This document shows positions 45,290-60,319 of a stretch of 64,000 bases of DNA, one piece after another. The translations under genes and the position numbers were made by a program. The stretch spans positions 40,238,001 through 40,302,000 of the forward strand of contig CAIIXF020000001.1 in assembly GCA_903813345.2 (NCBI GenBank). Direction: 5' to 3'. Below the pieces are notes generated by a model. The model saw only the letters and a program-made list of their open reading frames with translations, was not told the DNA's origin and searched no databases. How positions within the stretch are numbered: position 1 is the first letter of the stretch; every line of letters starts with the position of its first letter. Source of the stretch: Owenia fusiformis (taxonomy: Eukaryota).

Positions 45290-47541
45290 ATCCTATAAAT
45301 CTATATTGGTAATTATAGAGATATTATTGTAAGAATATTGTCAAGTACTCCTTGACAATGTTGAAAGTTCTAAAGGACAACGTAACATTGCATCCATCGA
45401 ATGAGAATGCAATTATTGCACCCGTTCATACATTCGTCCGTCCGTCCGTCCGTCCATCTGTCTGTTTTACTGTCCAGAGATGGAAAAAAAGTGGGGCACA
45501 ATATTTTCGACAATATTTAGAGCTGACCTTCAAATCCATTTTCAGTGTAGATTTTCCCCAAAAAATGCATTTTCCAAAAAGTCAATGCATCTCTCGAAAT
45601 TCACGATGACAAATAGGTAGTTTTTTTAAAGTTGTTAGTGAAAACCGTGAGCCTGATGCAGACTGAGCCTGCAAAATCACTAAGTGCTGATAAATGAGCG
45701 CTCGGTGGTGAGCCAACGGTCCTTTTCGGATTTTAATTTGTGATCTTTTTTAACTGAGGGATATTGGGTATTTAATAATATCGACATATATGTATTTGAC
45801 ACAAAATGGTAAGGATGTAAAAATTGTGTCATTAATATCAAAGTGACATGTTTGCCCGGGGGTTCACTCTAAATGATTTGCAGGGCTTTGCAGGGTAGGT
45901 AATGTAGGTGCAGCACGGCCAATTTTGGCTTTCGGCTAAAACCATGGAAACTAGCAAATCTGAGAGAAAAAGAAAACATGGAAAATTGTCTTAGAAAATA
46001 CCTGTTTAGGTTGAAATTCAGTTTTCCAACAAAAATGGTATGAAATTGTTTGAATCAGCTGCCAGGGGACAAATCACTGGGATAATCTTGAGAGGAAATT
46101 GACATGGAAAATGCTCAAAAGGGGGGTCTTATGCGCACCCGTTTGGCGCGGGACATTTGAGTCCCCCAGTGAAACCCGCTCTCTCTCTCATAGCCCAGAT
46201 AATATATAGCGATCACTTACATTACGTAGTTAATGCTATGATTGTCGCGTACAATCTGTTTGATACAAGGCCACTCACCAAATATGAATACAAAATATCA
46301 TCAAATCAAGTTTCCAGTTTATTTTGCATTATATACACACCCCTTCCATATGATCACAGCCGTAACACTGTTGGTGTTTACATTACTACGGAATATAACT
46401 GATCATTTCTGTAAAAATGGTGACCTTACCCCTCGGCGGGCCCCTCAAAAATGGAGATACTGTTCCACATTTAGTTCTGCTTGCGATACGAAAGCGCCCA
46501 CTGGGGAATTGATTTTACTTTGGGGATAGAGTGGTTCTGTTCTGTTACATCCTTGGCCCAAGAGTAAGTCATTGCATTACATGATCTGCTATAAAAGCAG
46601 TGAAGGACCGATCTTGAAGGATGTTCTGTTGGACCGGAATGATGATCTAGTGAGCTCAATACGATATGCATGATCATTCCGGTGTAACAAGTGGTCATTG
46701 ATTGGATGTCTTCAACTGGAGAACCCCGGGCTTGTATTTTGGTTTTATCGCAGTTTTGAGGCAGGTCCGTAGCCAGGATTTGTCAAAGGGGATGGGTCAC
46801 TTTTGAAAAATTCCAGGGGTAGTTCACTTGTGACAATTTTGGTCCAAAAATGCGCTATTTTGGTTTGAAAATTTCGTGTTTGTTTGGTTGTGTTTTTTGG
46901 TATGTAAGTGGTGGGTGAGTTGTTTTTCAACGGTGTGCTGTGTGTAGTGTCATGTCCGAGCTTTATATCGTTGTGCATGTTGTAGTCGTAGCATCTCTTG
47001 TTATTGTTGAGATATTAACTTGATTTTATGTGTTTGTGTTTGAACCCTAGGGTGCGGTGTTTTTATGTGGGTAGTATCGTGTTTTCTTGTGTTGTTTGTT
47101 ACATGTGTATTATAATTTGCAAATGGTTGCTACACTCATCCACTCATCCAGTCATACATTGGTTGTTTCAGAATTAAAGTTATAATTCATAAATGTAAGT
47201 TTTGGTAGAAAAGGGGTGGCCCTGAGAAGGGCCGGGGTTTGTTGTTTGGTGGTCTATTGGCCGTGTTGTTTTGGTGTTGTTGTTGTTGTTGTTGAAGTTG
47301 AAAGTCTTTTTTATTTGTATTCCGATGCTGTTTTTCTCAGTTCTTTGGTGGCGTTCTCGGCTTCAGTTTTGCCCATTGTAGTTGCTAATTGTCTTGTTGA
47401 GGAATCTATGTGCTTGGAGTGATCAGAACAACATGGCCAAGGTTACTCGAGTCTCTAGCCAATACTTGGCTAGAGGTGATTTCATCTGGAATACAGTGGC
47501 CTTAGAAGAAGGTAAGGCCAAGGTATTGGGTAGGTATACTT

Positions 47542-47759
47542 CACTGGCGGATCTGGGGAGCCTGGAGGCCCAGCCCCCCCTCAGGTGGTCCCAGAAAAAA
47601 ATTGGGCCCAAAATAAATTTGAGCCAAAAAAGGCCTTAGGCCCCAAAAAGAAAATGGGCCTCAAATTTTAAAATTTTTTTAGGGGCCCAAAATTTTTTCT
47701 CAGACCAGAAGTTTGCCCCCCCCCCCCCCCCCCATTGTTGGTTCCTAGATCCGCCCTTG
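47542..47759. mobile_element. GGCGGATC-type MITE with 5-bp TSD TACTT
   Basis: CACTGGCGGATCT...AGATCCGCCCTTG, related to the termini of 17595-17647. Confidence 0.75.
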
Positions 47760-49070
47760 TACTTAGTATACCTACCCAATACCTTGTAACTGAGAAATTA
47801 TTTTGTCTTCTTCGTCTATAATCTGAGTCCATGATCCCAAGTTTAAACATATTTGTGCTTTATTTACTGAATGATAGATGGCGGTAAAAAACACACCTGT
47901 GGAAATGACGTCATCATAACTTGTATGAATGTATGAATTACCCGGATGTAGTTTACCTGAAATCGAATAAAGCGGCAGGTTGTTGAACAAAATATACAAA
48001 TATCTACATGTGTAAGTACCTATTTTATATTTTACACAGAAATTTACTTGCATAAGACCTAAGTAGAGGCATGAGAAGTACATTATAAGGAGGGGTTACT
48101 CAAAGATCCAATTAAACGACTATGAAATGTTAGAATTTCGAAAGTAGGTCATCGATAACTCCGGAAATGAAATAAAATTTGATTTCAAAAGATAACAGAT
48201 AACAATTTGAATGCGAAGACTGATACATCGTAAACTATAACATGCTTATTTAAGATTTTACAAATCATTTCATACATAAACTGTCTTGATCTAAGCTAAT
48301 GCAACTTGTGTTGTTTGTTGTTCGATTTGTGTCTATTTTCTGTACCCCCATAAGCTTACATGTGGGGGTGATTTTACAATGAGACTGATAGACCATCTCC
48401 AAAAAAATGTTGGAGAAAGAAGGTTCCAACCAGGTTGTGCTTAAATATAAAATGATATGAAAGACTAACATGACGATCATTCCAAGACGTGACTGAAATG
48501 GCCCAGGAATCAGAAATAGCATTGAAATCTGCCTTCAATCTATGACCTATTTTGCACAGTCAGAGAGAATGTTTCTGGCGAAATTCTTGGACTTCAAATA
48601 CTTTTAAGTTGGGAAACCGGAAGTGCTTACCTTTTTTAATTCCCGAATCTCTCCGAAATTAGCTCATCTTGGTGACTGTAAATTGCACAGCTGTATTCAA
48701 TGGAGTCTTGTCATATTCGATCAGCCTCAATTTTAAAGTGTATATTTTATTTTCAACGTGATTTCATCGTTTTTTGTCGACTGGTAAGAAAACGCCGGGC
48801 AAATGGCAAGATGGATGACTTTTGACCTGACCTTGACCGATGGTGATCACGTCATCAATATTACCAAGATGGCGGTTTCAAAATTTTCTAAAATCGCTTC
48901 AAATAATATTATGTTAATTCCTAGCGAGTAAAGATATCTCTTAGTTTGCTATTTCACAATAAGATAACGAAATGTGTAAGGAATTCGTATTTATCAATTA
49001 AAACATCACATCGACATTTGGTATTCGTAAACTAGACGATGAAGATAACGACCTCGAAAAAAAACAAAAG

Positions 49071-49135
49071 AGTGAGTACGGGATTCGAATCCGGGCCTCC
49101 AGCGTGCTAAGCGAGAATTCTCCCCCTAGACCACC
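49071..49135 (-). pseudogene. tRNA-derived fragment (Ala-AGC-like anticodon loop); pseudo-tRNA or SINE head
   Basis: Minus strand GGTGGTCTAGGGG (A-box-like), CTTAGCAC loop, GGATTCGAATCC (B-box-like); acceptor stem does not pair. Confidence 0.55.
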
Positions 49136-50653
49136 GATATATTACATATGGTATTGGGATTTAAACGCTACTTATTTTGAATGCTATGATTCGGAAGTGA
49201 CGTCACGTTCTTCACGTTTTGTTTGAGAGCGAGAACGAGACGTGCCAGAAGCCCGGCTTTTTTGTCAGTCGACCTGTTCAAAGTACATTTAGTTATAATT
49301 ATCGCTTTCCAGAACAATTTAGGAAACAATATTTTCTATCTACGTCGATTACAAAGCATCTAAATTCTAAGGTACGTAAATTTATATGAACAACTGAGTC
49401 AATAGGGATAAATAGCCCAACGAGAGTCGGCGGTCTTAAAAAATACTTGGATCTGGATGCCAGTCCTGGTATAAATATAGTTCCAGGGCAATTCGAAGAA
49501 CGTATTAGATGTCCGTGCTATTTTGTAGAAAACAAATTGTTCAACCTTTTTTGCCAACCTGCAGCTGCATGATCACCTCTGATTCGATTATTGATCCTCC
49601 AGGGTTCTCACTAGTATGTATCCAACAGACCGAATATAATATTCGGTCTGTTATGATTGATATATTTCCTGTGGAAATCGCGGTGATATTTTTTGCACAT
49701 AAATTTCTCGTTTATTACAAGAATGTCCACCTTGAAAATTGGTGAATATGTTGAAGAGATGTTCATCTTAAACTAGAAGCAAAAATATTTGTATAAGGCG
49801 GGTACAAGTTGATATAAAATAATGAAATGTTCTGACTCACCAAAACTTCAGGATGTGTTCATAAGTAGATCGCGAAATCAATGTCAAGGACGTTTGAGTT
49901 CACGAGATCCAAACGAGATATGCAAATTTTTGAACTTTGACAACACATGACCACTTGATTACCTCGGCCTTCTTCATGAATATTTCCGCTCTATTTACTA
50001 TAAATGACGAAAATTAATCGGGATAATGATAATAAATGACAAGATCTAATAAATTACCGCACAAATGGAATTTATCAATACGCTTCCGTAATGTTGCTCC
50101 GTCCGCTCCACGTGTTATTTGTTTACAAATAGACTGACGTCACTGGCTAAATCTCGTTTATTGTGAGAATTGGCATTGCCAAAATGGCTTGACCTAATCA
50201 ATGGCTTCGCTACAAAAAGCGTCTGTACATTTTATGAATATCTTCAGTAAAGAGGACAATATACGAAAAAATAATATTGTAAGTTCTTTATAAGGTAATC
50301 ATTTTATCATTAAACAAACTTATTTGTAACATTTATACAACACCACATTTTACAATAGGTGACTTACAGTCTGAATTTATTCAGACGAAGGATACAGTCT
50401 AGGGTTCTCACCGAGAAATTTTTAGACCACGAATTTTTAGCGGTATTGTGACTACTTTTTTCGCGGTATTGCGACCACTTCTCCCCCATGTGACATCAGA
50501 GATATAGACTTCAAGATGTCCCTAGTCCTACTAGGGACATCTCGCATACCATTGACCCAAACCCAAAAATAAACCTCCGGATATGTGACACCATTGACCA
50601 AATATTTTTGTGGTTCAAACCAAACCAGGCGTATCATTATTTTATAGTTTTAA

Positions 50654-51018
50654 AAGTGCAGTAATTAGTGCAGAGGGGTCATTCAATGTTCATGGACCTG
50701 TGTCAAAATATATTTAAGTTTGGATATTTCATCAAGACTAACATCTATTTTTATTATCTACAAAGAAACCCCCTAGATAAACATTATTTTAGCTGATATT
50801 CCTCTTGAAACATGGTGGATCTTAAAAATATAAAAGTGGAAGTCCCCTTTTTGGAGCTTTGAACTGAATTTACACTTCTTAATGCTGAAATTTATAATTT
50901 GTCCATACATTTTAAGAAAATAGGTATGTCAAAGAAGATGTTAAACCAAATGTTGCCTTGATAGCTCAGAAAAAATGAAAAAAACTTTCCTATTTTCTCT
51001 ACAGTCCTTATTGCACCT
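50654..51018. mobile_element. TTAA-flanked MITE (Kolobok-like)
   Basis: TTAA|AAGTGCAGTAA...TTATTGCACCT|TTAA. Confidence 0.6.
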
Positions 51019-51415
51019 TTAAGATGTTATAGTTTCTTGCTAATTTATGATATAATTAGGGCAGGGAATGACAACCGAACCGGACATTCAAATATCAATA
51101 AATAAACGTAAGTCCTCAATGAAATTCAAACCCTGTCAGTTTGTATATTTTGCCGATATTTGTAATATAGACGATATCATTGCAATAAACAACCCCCTAA
51201 ATGTTAGTCTGAGGTGTGGTCACCCAACATTCCTGAGGAATGGATATAATTTTGTTAACGAGGAATATATATATATAATATTGAAATATACATGAAAACT
51301 GTTGCCCATGTTACTTTTAGAGGTCTAGTACAAAAAATGTCTGTACAAAATGCTTAGTGAGCATGTTTATAAGCATATTTGTAAGCTTGTAGAGTCTGCA
51401 TTAGTACATGTACAT

Positions 51416-51979
51416 TAGGAGTCCAGCGATTCATCGATGTATCAGCTCGTTTGGTTACGATACAAGTGTATCGGTACGCACTGTTGAATATCGATACATG
51501 AAAGTATCGTTAACATACCCGTAATACTTCATAATTTGTTTAAATCTTCTGAATATTCAACTTTTTGAAAATTAGATTTTACATTTTTGAATGGGTTTTA
51601 ACAGTGACGGCCCCATATTGAGTATAAACACGAACAGACAACAAACTGGATCCTCAGTCAAAATGCGAACAAATTACTTTGATCCTCTATGTCAACATTA
51701 TTCAACATTTTAGTTTGTATTCAATATACTTTTCTTGACTATTTAGTAGGACTGATTATATTTTTTAGGTCTTTTATCCAATAAGAAGTAATTTAGAAAT
51801 GTTAATTTATCTTGATATATTGAATAAAAGCGAATAAATTTTCGTTCATAATTATAGATGTAATGTGAAGCTGAACATTCGAAAATATAAGAATGACATT
51901 AAATGTATTGGATCGTTGCTCGTATCGTTAGGTAAGTTTCGAGATATGTATCATTTCATAATGTATCGTGGGACCCCTA
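51416..51979. mobile_element. hAT-like MITE with 8-bp TSD ATGTACAT
   Basis: TAGGAGTCC...GGACCCCTA termini, CGAT-rich subterminal regions, TSD at 51408-51415 and 51980-51987. Confidence 0.75.
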
Positions 51980-54900
51980 ATGTACATGCAGTTTCAGCTC
52001 AAGGAATTGGAAAGGATGTAATGTAACCTCAAATCACTTAAAAAATAATGTGTGTTTCAGTGTGACAGCTAAGGATATTTTCACTCTAGCCAAATTTGAC
52101 CACTCACTTTGAATTCAGACTCGCCAAAATACATTATGACTGGACACTCCGCTATTTTGCATACTACGTAAGCACTTTACAAGAAATGCGAACAAATAAA
52201 ATATGATTTTAAAATTACATGTATGAACCGATCATGCGATGACTCGTCTGGGTATTTGTAGGTCATGAATGCTTAAACTTCTGATTAATACAGCGGTAAG
52301 TTCCTCAATTACAGCGTTAATCGAATTAAAAATAAAAATCGCAAGAAGATGAAATAATTATATTGGTTGAATTTATGGAACGGCAAGAATAATTTTGTTC
52401 GTAGTTCAAGCTGTATTATGTATTGCATCGAACACTTTGATTGGTCCACCACTTAGTTTTAAGCCAATCAAAGGTGTGTTTTCATTGAATTGCGGTCCGG
52501 AACATAAAAATGAATAAAAAACCTTTTCCTGCTTTTACAAGTATTTTAGCGATTCTAGAGGTAAGATTGACAAACTATTTGTTTAGAAGGTTAAGCATAT
52601 ATCTGTTTCTCATGGGCTCAATTATCTATCGCCGAAATTGTCGAGACAAATTGCATTTTCCTTTGCCAAAAATTTTTTTGACCCTTGTTTTGGCGTTTGG
52701 CGAGGCCTTAGCTGCCACCCTGGTGTTTTAAAGAATGTCTTGATTTTTTCTGACAATTTTGAACCTCCCAGTCAAACTGACCTGCGATTTTGAAAATCTT
52801 TGTCCAAGTCTGACATTTTGTCTCACAAACTTTTCTGTTTTTTTGTTTTTTCTAAAAAACAAATGGTTTTTGCATCTCTACATGGTCTCAGTTGCTCTTG
52901 CCTCACCTGTCTACTATATAAACACATCCCAGCTATTCTTATTTTGGTAGGGCTTTCAGTTTATTTAGACATGGGCTATTATTACCCTCAGCATTTCAAT
53001 TTTTAATCAAGTAATGATTGATTGGTAGTATTCTGAAACCGTATAGTGTTTTAATACACGATTTTGGTATTTTATTTCATAACTCTGAAAATAGAAAATA
53101 CAGAATACTAATAATCTGAGGCTACAAACAGTATGCATCTAGTATATATCTTATGTTTCGCAAAGTTAGGTACCGTTCAATGACCATATATTTCCCATGT
53201 GACTCAAATAAACTCCAAAGGACATAGTATCACTAGCTATGTCATTAACTTCTGTTCTAGATAATTGGATTCTATTATGATCATAGTCAACAATTTCAGA
53301 ATATTGCCTAGTGGACATATATTTCACTGATAGTGAATCAACAATTGTGATTTCAAAAGTGATAGCAGATAGCTTCATATTTGATTCTAGGCTAGTTAAT
53401 TGTGAGGAGGCTGTAAGCATTCAAAACTGAGGCTCTCTTTAGTGACTGATACCAATAGCAAGCAATGGTGTATCGGGTGTGTAAAGCATGCACCATTTTG
53501 ATTTTATCAGTTTTGGATGTGAAATTGTTGATCCTTTCTTAATCCAAAAAGTAGAAATTCCAAAAGAGTATTATAGGCCACTTCTGTTTATATGCAGTAT
53601 ATTGCATATTGTTTTTGTTAAACACATTTTTTATAGCTAGGGAATGTGCTTAGAGAATGACATTGTCAGTAATAGGATCCTGTATTTAGCATAAATCTTG
53701 CTTCTCTGTTGTAAGGAGATATCATATGAGAGTTGCTGTAATGTATTACATACTCAGACATTCAATATTGTGACGCATGACATGTTCAGTAATTTAATTG
53801 TGTCTTCGGGATGTTCAGATGAAACAATGCCAAAATATGCAATACTTGACAGTCGACATATTGAACAATAGTGATTCAGTAAGTCTAATACTCTTAATTT
53901 GGTCCATTTATGTGCTTAGCTTTCAACATTTTCCATGTCTGTTCCTTCAAATTGTATTTGATTCATAGTATATAGCCTCACAGGCCGTAGCCGGGATTTG
54001 CCTAGGGGGTTCAGTTTTCAAAAATTTCCAGGGGGGGTTCACATTTGACAATTTTGGCCCAAATATGGCTAAAATCACTTGAGAAATGCTCAAAATGGTG
54101 AAAAACTGCATGATTTTGAAAGAATTTTTTTTTTTGGGGGGGGGGGTTCGTCCGAACCCTGCGATGTCTAGTCTGTACCATAATATCATATAGCATTTTC
54201 TGCATTTCACTTTATTATGAAGGTCATAATGAAGCCCTATCTGTCCCTACTATTATATAGCCCTCCCAGGCTAATTGTCCCCTACTTTTGTAGCCTAATA
54301 TGAATTTCAGGAGTTTGTCCTTGGATAAGGTCAGTGTATGTGTGTGTTTGTGTAAGGCCTCATCAACTTTTGTATTACATAGCTTAACATAATAGCTGAC
54401 AGTACAATTATCACAATTCATGCTTTGGCTTTAGAATTCCAATAAATCAACAGTTCTTTAATTCTGTGAAAGGGAAGACGAATTCCATTTTTGGCGTTGT
54501 CTAAATCTGCATCTAATAAATATTGGGACCTCTACGTCATCATTGCTTCTGTCAATTTAGCCTACACATCAGTTTTGCATTTATTTTGTTTGGAAGTGTT
54601 CCACTTAGTAAGCCCATTAAACTCTCATAAGTAGCTGTTTTGCTCTGTGGGCAAGAATAAACTAACAAATTGAATACCAAGTTTGGAATGTACAGGTCGG
54701 TCTACTGGTTTCAAACAGTATCCCTAAAGCTGCAAATGCTCACATGTCACTGAAAATAAATATTTTACATTTTTAAAATTTATTGCAGAAACTGTATGAG
54801 GGCATTTAACATGTAGTACATTAACCTCACTATCTCATGCAAATTATACAGAGTGTAAGACGGAATTATACTGAATAAAATTTTCTTTTAAGAATCTGCT

Positions 54901-56396
54901 TAAATTCTGACTCACTCTATATACTCACTCTATAGAACTGAAGGAAGTACTTGAGAACCTTAGAGAACATATACAATATATCATAAATGGTATGTGAGTA
55001 ATTATCTAGATTAGTGTTTAGATATTATTACAAAACCTTACTGGGTATTGAATTGTTGGTTTAACAAATAAGTTAATTCTCATTGAAGTTTTATTGGAAA
55101 TACGAATAATATTGTATTTGCAACTAGTACTGATATAGATTTACAGCTTATCCAATAACTTCAGTATTTGGGAAGTTCTCTTATTTGATTCGTCATTCAT
55201 GAGTAATAGGAATATTTTAGTAAGGGAAAGCACTAGGAAGTATGAGTTTGTCATTGTTAATTAAAGGAAATATTTAAGAGGTTAAGTTTCTCAAAGATCA
55301 ACCAGAATCAGTATTAAGAGAACCTCTAGTCAGAAAACATTGCCAAGAAAACCAAAAGGATTTTCCCATAGGATTACATATGGATTAACATACTATAGTT
55401 ATATTGGATATACAAACATATCACATTGGTTTCATATTGTATCTAAATAGGAATAGCTTGAACACAAGCACTTGACAAACACAAACAGGTTAGTGTTATA
55501 TATATTTATTAATATACAGGGTACATTTTAGTAATAAATATCAAATAGACTAGATATATACTTGTAAACTGTTATTGCTGTGTATGGATACGCCCATTGT
55601 ATTTGGTATGTTCTTCTCATATGTTTTGGCAGTTTTATAAATTCTAAATTTGAAGAACCTTTACAATTGAATATATAGATATGATAATAGTCTAATCATG
55701 GGGACTCTATATTGATTGTATTATTACCTATGATGATTTCCTGCTTCAATAAATGCAGCATAATGACCTCACTTTACAGTTACTTTTAGTCTAGCCATGC
55801 CTTACCCTCACAGATGGAGGTGAGGAAAATAGGGATATAAGGAGGGAGGGGGGTAGTGTTCTGAAACTTGATTGATGTATGGATAAGATGCATCAAATCC
55901 CTAAATTTTAGTTCTCTATCCAAACAGGATAGTTGTAGGGGAGTATGTGGACTGGGGGGGGGGGGGGTAGCATCAGCAGGTCAACATCCAATAGTGCCTT
56001 TGTCAGCTTATGGTTTTATGGTCATATACCTGGTTATCAAATTACATGTAGGTTACATATTTTTAACATTGGACAATTCATTTCACTCTGAAGTTTCTTC
56101 CATCATAGTTTTCAATATAACAATAGTAAGCACTAAGTTGGGAGAACAGAGGGTCGTGTAAAGGTATTGTAGGGGCATATGGTAAAACTGGTGTTAATCC
56201 TACTAATCAGTCATTTCTGTAGTCTATAATAAGATAATGGATAATAATGTGATAAAATAATGAAATGCTGTTCTGTGATATGTAGACTTCCATTTAATTA
56301 CGTGCATTGTACATGGTGTTATCACAGCATATGTTAGTTTAGTCTTAATAGTCCAATCTTACAGTGAAACTTGACTGAGGGAATATCAGTCTTTAA

Positions 56397-56666
56397 AGGC
56401 CTCCTCTCCTCACAGAACAAAGTCACTAAATGCAGCCTTGAGAATTAGGTAAATTGTCAATTCTGGCAATCAGGAACATTATATGCGAACCAAAGCGCTA
56501 CTTTGCACATTCTTCAGAAGCTTTCCAAAAGTGTAATTTCAGATACAAACACCCAAATGATGTAAAATGTACTTATACTAATGGGAACAATTTTTACCCG
56601 TGTCTATTTCACCAGTACATGTAAGTTGACGTCAGGTTTTTTTTACGTTCCTGTGTGAGGAGGCCT
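56397..56666. mobile_element. MITE with AGGCCTCCTC termini (Kolobok-like)
   Basis: TTAA|AGGCCTCCTC...GAGGAGGCCT|TTAG. Confidence 0.6.
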
Positions 56667-59600
56667 TTAGGAATATCTCCTAGTATGTTTTTAAGTACTA
56701 TGTCCTATTGGCCTAGATGTTAATGAAACTCCTGTATAAAGAATACTATTTACTACATATCATGCTCATTGATACATGACCCGAATGTACTGTATAGTAG
56801 GAGTTTAACTTACTGTATTACTTACATTGACAATCAGTTCAATGATTTTCACCACATGCTGAATACAAAATCACTAAATCTGAGTCATCTTTCCCTGAAA
56901 CATTTCGATACATGAATATGTGGTTATATGTTTTGCCAAGGGGTCATGTCACAATACTACATGCTAAACCATTTCAAGTTAATTCAAGGTGATTGTTTGG
57001 GATCTTTAATAGCCCCCTCCTATAATGACCCTCATCAACCCAGTAGTTAGATGTGATAGCTATAGATGAAGATTTCTGTTTATATTAAAAGATGAGGATT
57101 CAAACTGTTAAAGATACCATTGCAAAGGAGAGACATAGTTACATTACTCTCCCTAACTATGGCTTCACCAATAACAGCTCTTCTTACTACCAAAGTTAAG
57201 TTATTGTGATGAAATATGTCATGACCATTTTATGTCCTTGTGAGCTGTATTTCATTATTTCCTATTATTGAATCGGTGATTAGTATCAGGAGAAGGTAAA
57301 GGTCATTCATTACATTCTCTTTAAGAAAGGTATCATGGTAAAGGTTGATTTCAATATTTTTAATCCAATCATGCACATTACTGTATCCTTTCTGGAAGAA
57401 TATATCATTGGATAATGGTGTTCATGCATGATATAAAATAATTATGTTCTAAAAGTTTGATGTGATCAATATTTCAAAACTGCATGGCAGAAGTAGTTAA
57501 GAGTTAGGGGAAGACAACATCTGTCATCTTCCAATACTGACCGAGCTTATAGGGTTTTCATTTACTTTTCAGATTTTCCCTCTAGAAACGAATTTTGGAA
57601 ATTTCATCCTACTAGAATGCAGAATTGAATCATCTCATTGCTATGCTGTGCAGTAATCCCTTATCAGAAAATCTGCATTTCATAGTGTTCACACTCTAGT
57701 GTTAAAGTAGCTAACACAGGGATATCAAAGGCTGTTTATAAACACCTAGGTTCAATAAAGTAACTTCATCCTTGTTATCAATTATCTATCTAAACAACAA
57801 TATGTACATCATCATCAGAGAGACATACTCTTTCATGTATGCTCCTCAGGGCTCTCTTCATGAGTTAGATGGGCACATGAGACCTTACCCTTTACAAGAG
57901 CTGACAATTTTGACTACACTCTTTATTAAAATATTTCTTTGATCTTACCTTTTTCAATTCAGAATATACCATTTTATCTCTGCCCAACATTTTCTTCCGA
58001 TAAGTAGTAGCTTACAGATTTTATATTGAATTCAAAATCATATAAAGCGCCATCAAAAATATGCTTGATTTCATTAAGATCTTAAGAGTCAGCATTTGCA
58101 AATTTATCAGCCTTTTTCAGAGTATGTAAGACCTGATGATTTGGACAGGGTAATGAGGCCTTAAGAAGTTAAGATCCATGTCCCAAAATGCTCCTTTAGA
58201 ACTCTAGTGTGTGTATGTAAAGATATGACCATTGATGAAATGTTTGAGGAAATAGACCCTAGAGGATATTAATCTATCAATTGATCAGAGGATTAAAGAA
58301 ATATAAATCAATATTTTCTAGTAACAATGTGAATTGTGCTATTAAGTGGTTACAATAGTTTGCAATATGGTATTCTCCACATATTTTTAAGTTAGTTCAT
58401 TTAGGTTCTCAAGAGTCGTGTGCGGCCATTGGAAGGTATTTACTACATTTAAGCTTTATAATTGAATACATTCAAACATTTGAAAGTGTTTTGAAGTAAA
58501 GATTTTAAGGACAGCTAAATATCTGTTTGTAGACCTTTGGGTCATCTTTACATCTTACAAAAATTTGAAATTGAATATCAAGCAATTTTGATAAAAATGA
58601 TGTATTCTAAACTGTATGTACCTTAGGTTATTAAAGTAAAAGTTATCTTTTATACAGTCTGGTGCATCTATGAGTGTATGAGCACTGATATAACGCAACA
58701 GGCTGCATTTAACCACATCAGCATGCAGTGCATTGTTAGAATTAATGCAGCTGATATTGATGGTATTGGGTTACCCAGAAAAGTGAGTTGAATATTCATT
58801 GTGAATGATTGATCTTTTTGCTTCTAGAATAACACATGATCTTAAATATCAAAGAAGGCTTGGTTAGAAATGCGTATTACTTGTTATTGAAGCATAACAA
58901 TATGATTGCAGAACAATACTATTGCATTATTGTATCTTGGATTTTCAATATATGAGATTCTTTTATTTCACGAAAGCCAAACTTGAGAGTGAGAATGAGA
59001 CATCATTTTACCATTTGATGCCTTTTCTGTCAATTGCCTTGCGTTTCACAAGCTCATCTATTAAATGATAACCAACGAAGCATGAGTTGCAACATGGGAA
59101 AACATTTTATAGTAATTAAGTTTAAATAGACCTCTCTAGGGTTTGATGTCATATTGGGAGACTATTTATTGGTGGCAATAATCGAAGGTCATGCAAGGCT
59201 GAGTAATTACAGTCTTGCTATAGAAGCTAGGAGTTAACTAATGGGCTGGCTATCTCAGTACAACAAAAGGAGCTTATTTCCAGTGAACAACCTCAAGAAT
59301 CAATAGTTCATGACCTCATGAATAAATACAATAGAGCTTGTTTTTTAGACCATCTACATGTCTTACAATTCTTAGTTAATGTTAATTGACTACAACACAA
59401 ACTCGTTTATTACTTAGATTTTCAATCATAAAAACTTCATACTTTGGAGATTTAAGTTGATAACATTGAAATGACATGATATGAATCAGTTTTGATTTGG
59501 ATGAGATCTTTACCTCAGTATTATATTTATACAGTGAAGTAAGTGTCAACTTGAATTTGTATTGGACTTTAATTTATTGGACGCCCCCACAAATTGTAAA

Positions 59601-60197
59601 AATGCCCTTTTATGGGAATTAGTCATCCTAATAATGTACTATAGTACTCAATTGACAAAACAATATTAGAGGTTTTTTCACAGTGGTTTAGGAAGCCATT
59701 AGGGAAATCAAATCTATAGAATAGTAAAGCTTCTTTATTCATATCTGTGCTTCAATATTTCATAGTATTAAACATTTTCAACCTCTTTAGGACATGACAA
59801 AACCAGGTCAGATTTGTTTTCTAATTTTCAAATCTGAACACAATTTTGACTTATTATTGTTTAGAATCACATTCAGTTAATACATTCAGTCATTACTAAA
59901 ACTCAAACATCATAGCCCTGTTGGGTTGCCCCATATTTTTTATCAACTGGTTAATTACATGAACAGATAACAGTCATGTACATGTATCGAGCGTGTGTTT
60001 GGAGAACTATTAAATATTATGACCTCAGCGGGCTACCACTTTTGTTATAGTGATAATATCTTAATTGACATAATTGTATTTTATGTAGGAAGGTAAAGTG
60101 CAATATAATATGTTAATAATTAGATCATTTTTTACAAAATTAGTATGATTAGATATAGTGTGCAACTTTGATGTTCTCCTGTAATCATCAAAACCAA

Positions 60198-60319
60198 CAC
60201 TTTGATGCCCTCACATAATATTGTCAAATCTAGCACTTTGATGCCCTTGTGTTATTGTCAATTCTAGCACTTTGATGCCCTCACATAATATTGTCAAATC
60301 TAGCACTTTGATGCCCTCA
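60198..60319. repeat. tandem repeat, ~35-bp unit, ~3.5 copies
   Basis: CACTTTGATGCCCTCACATAATATTGTCAAATCTAG repeated. Confidence 0.85.

Noticed and set aside
46400..47420. Strand-biased region that may be a decayed non-LTR retrotransposon
   Set aside because: Many stops and no diagnostic motif; cannot be supported without a search.
49071..49135. Functional tRNA-Ala gene
   Set aside because: Acceptor stem does not pair; listed as a tRNA-derived fragment instead.
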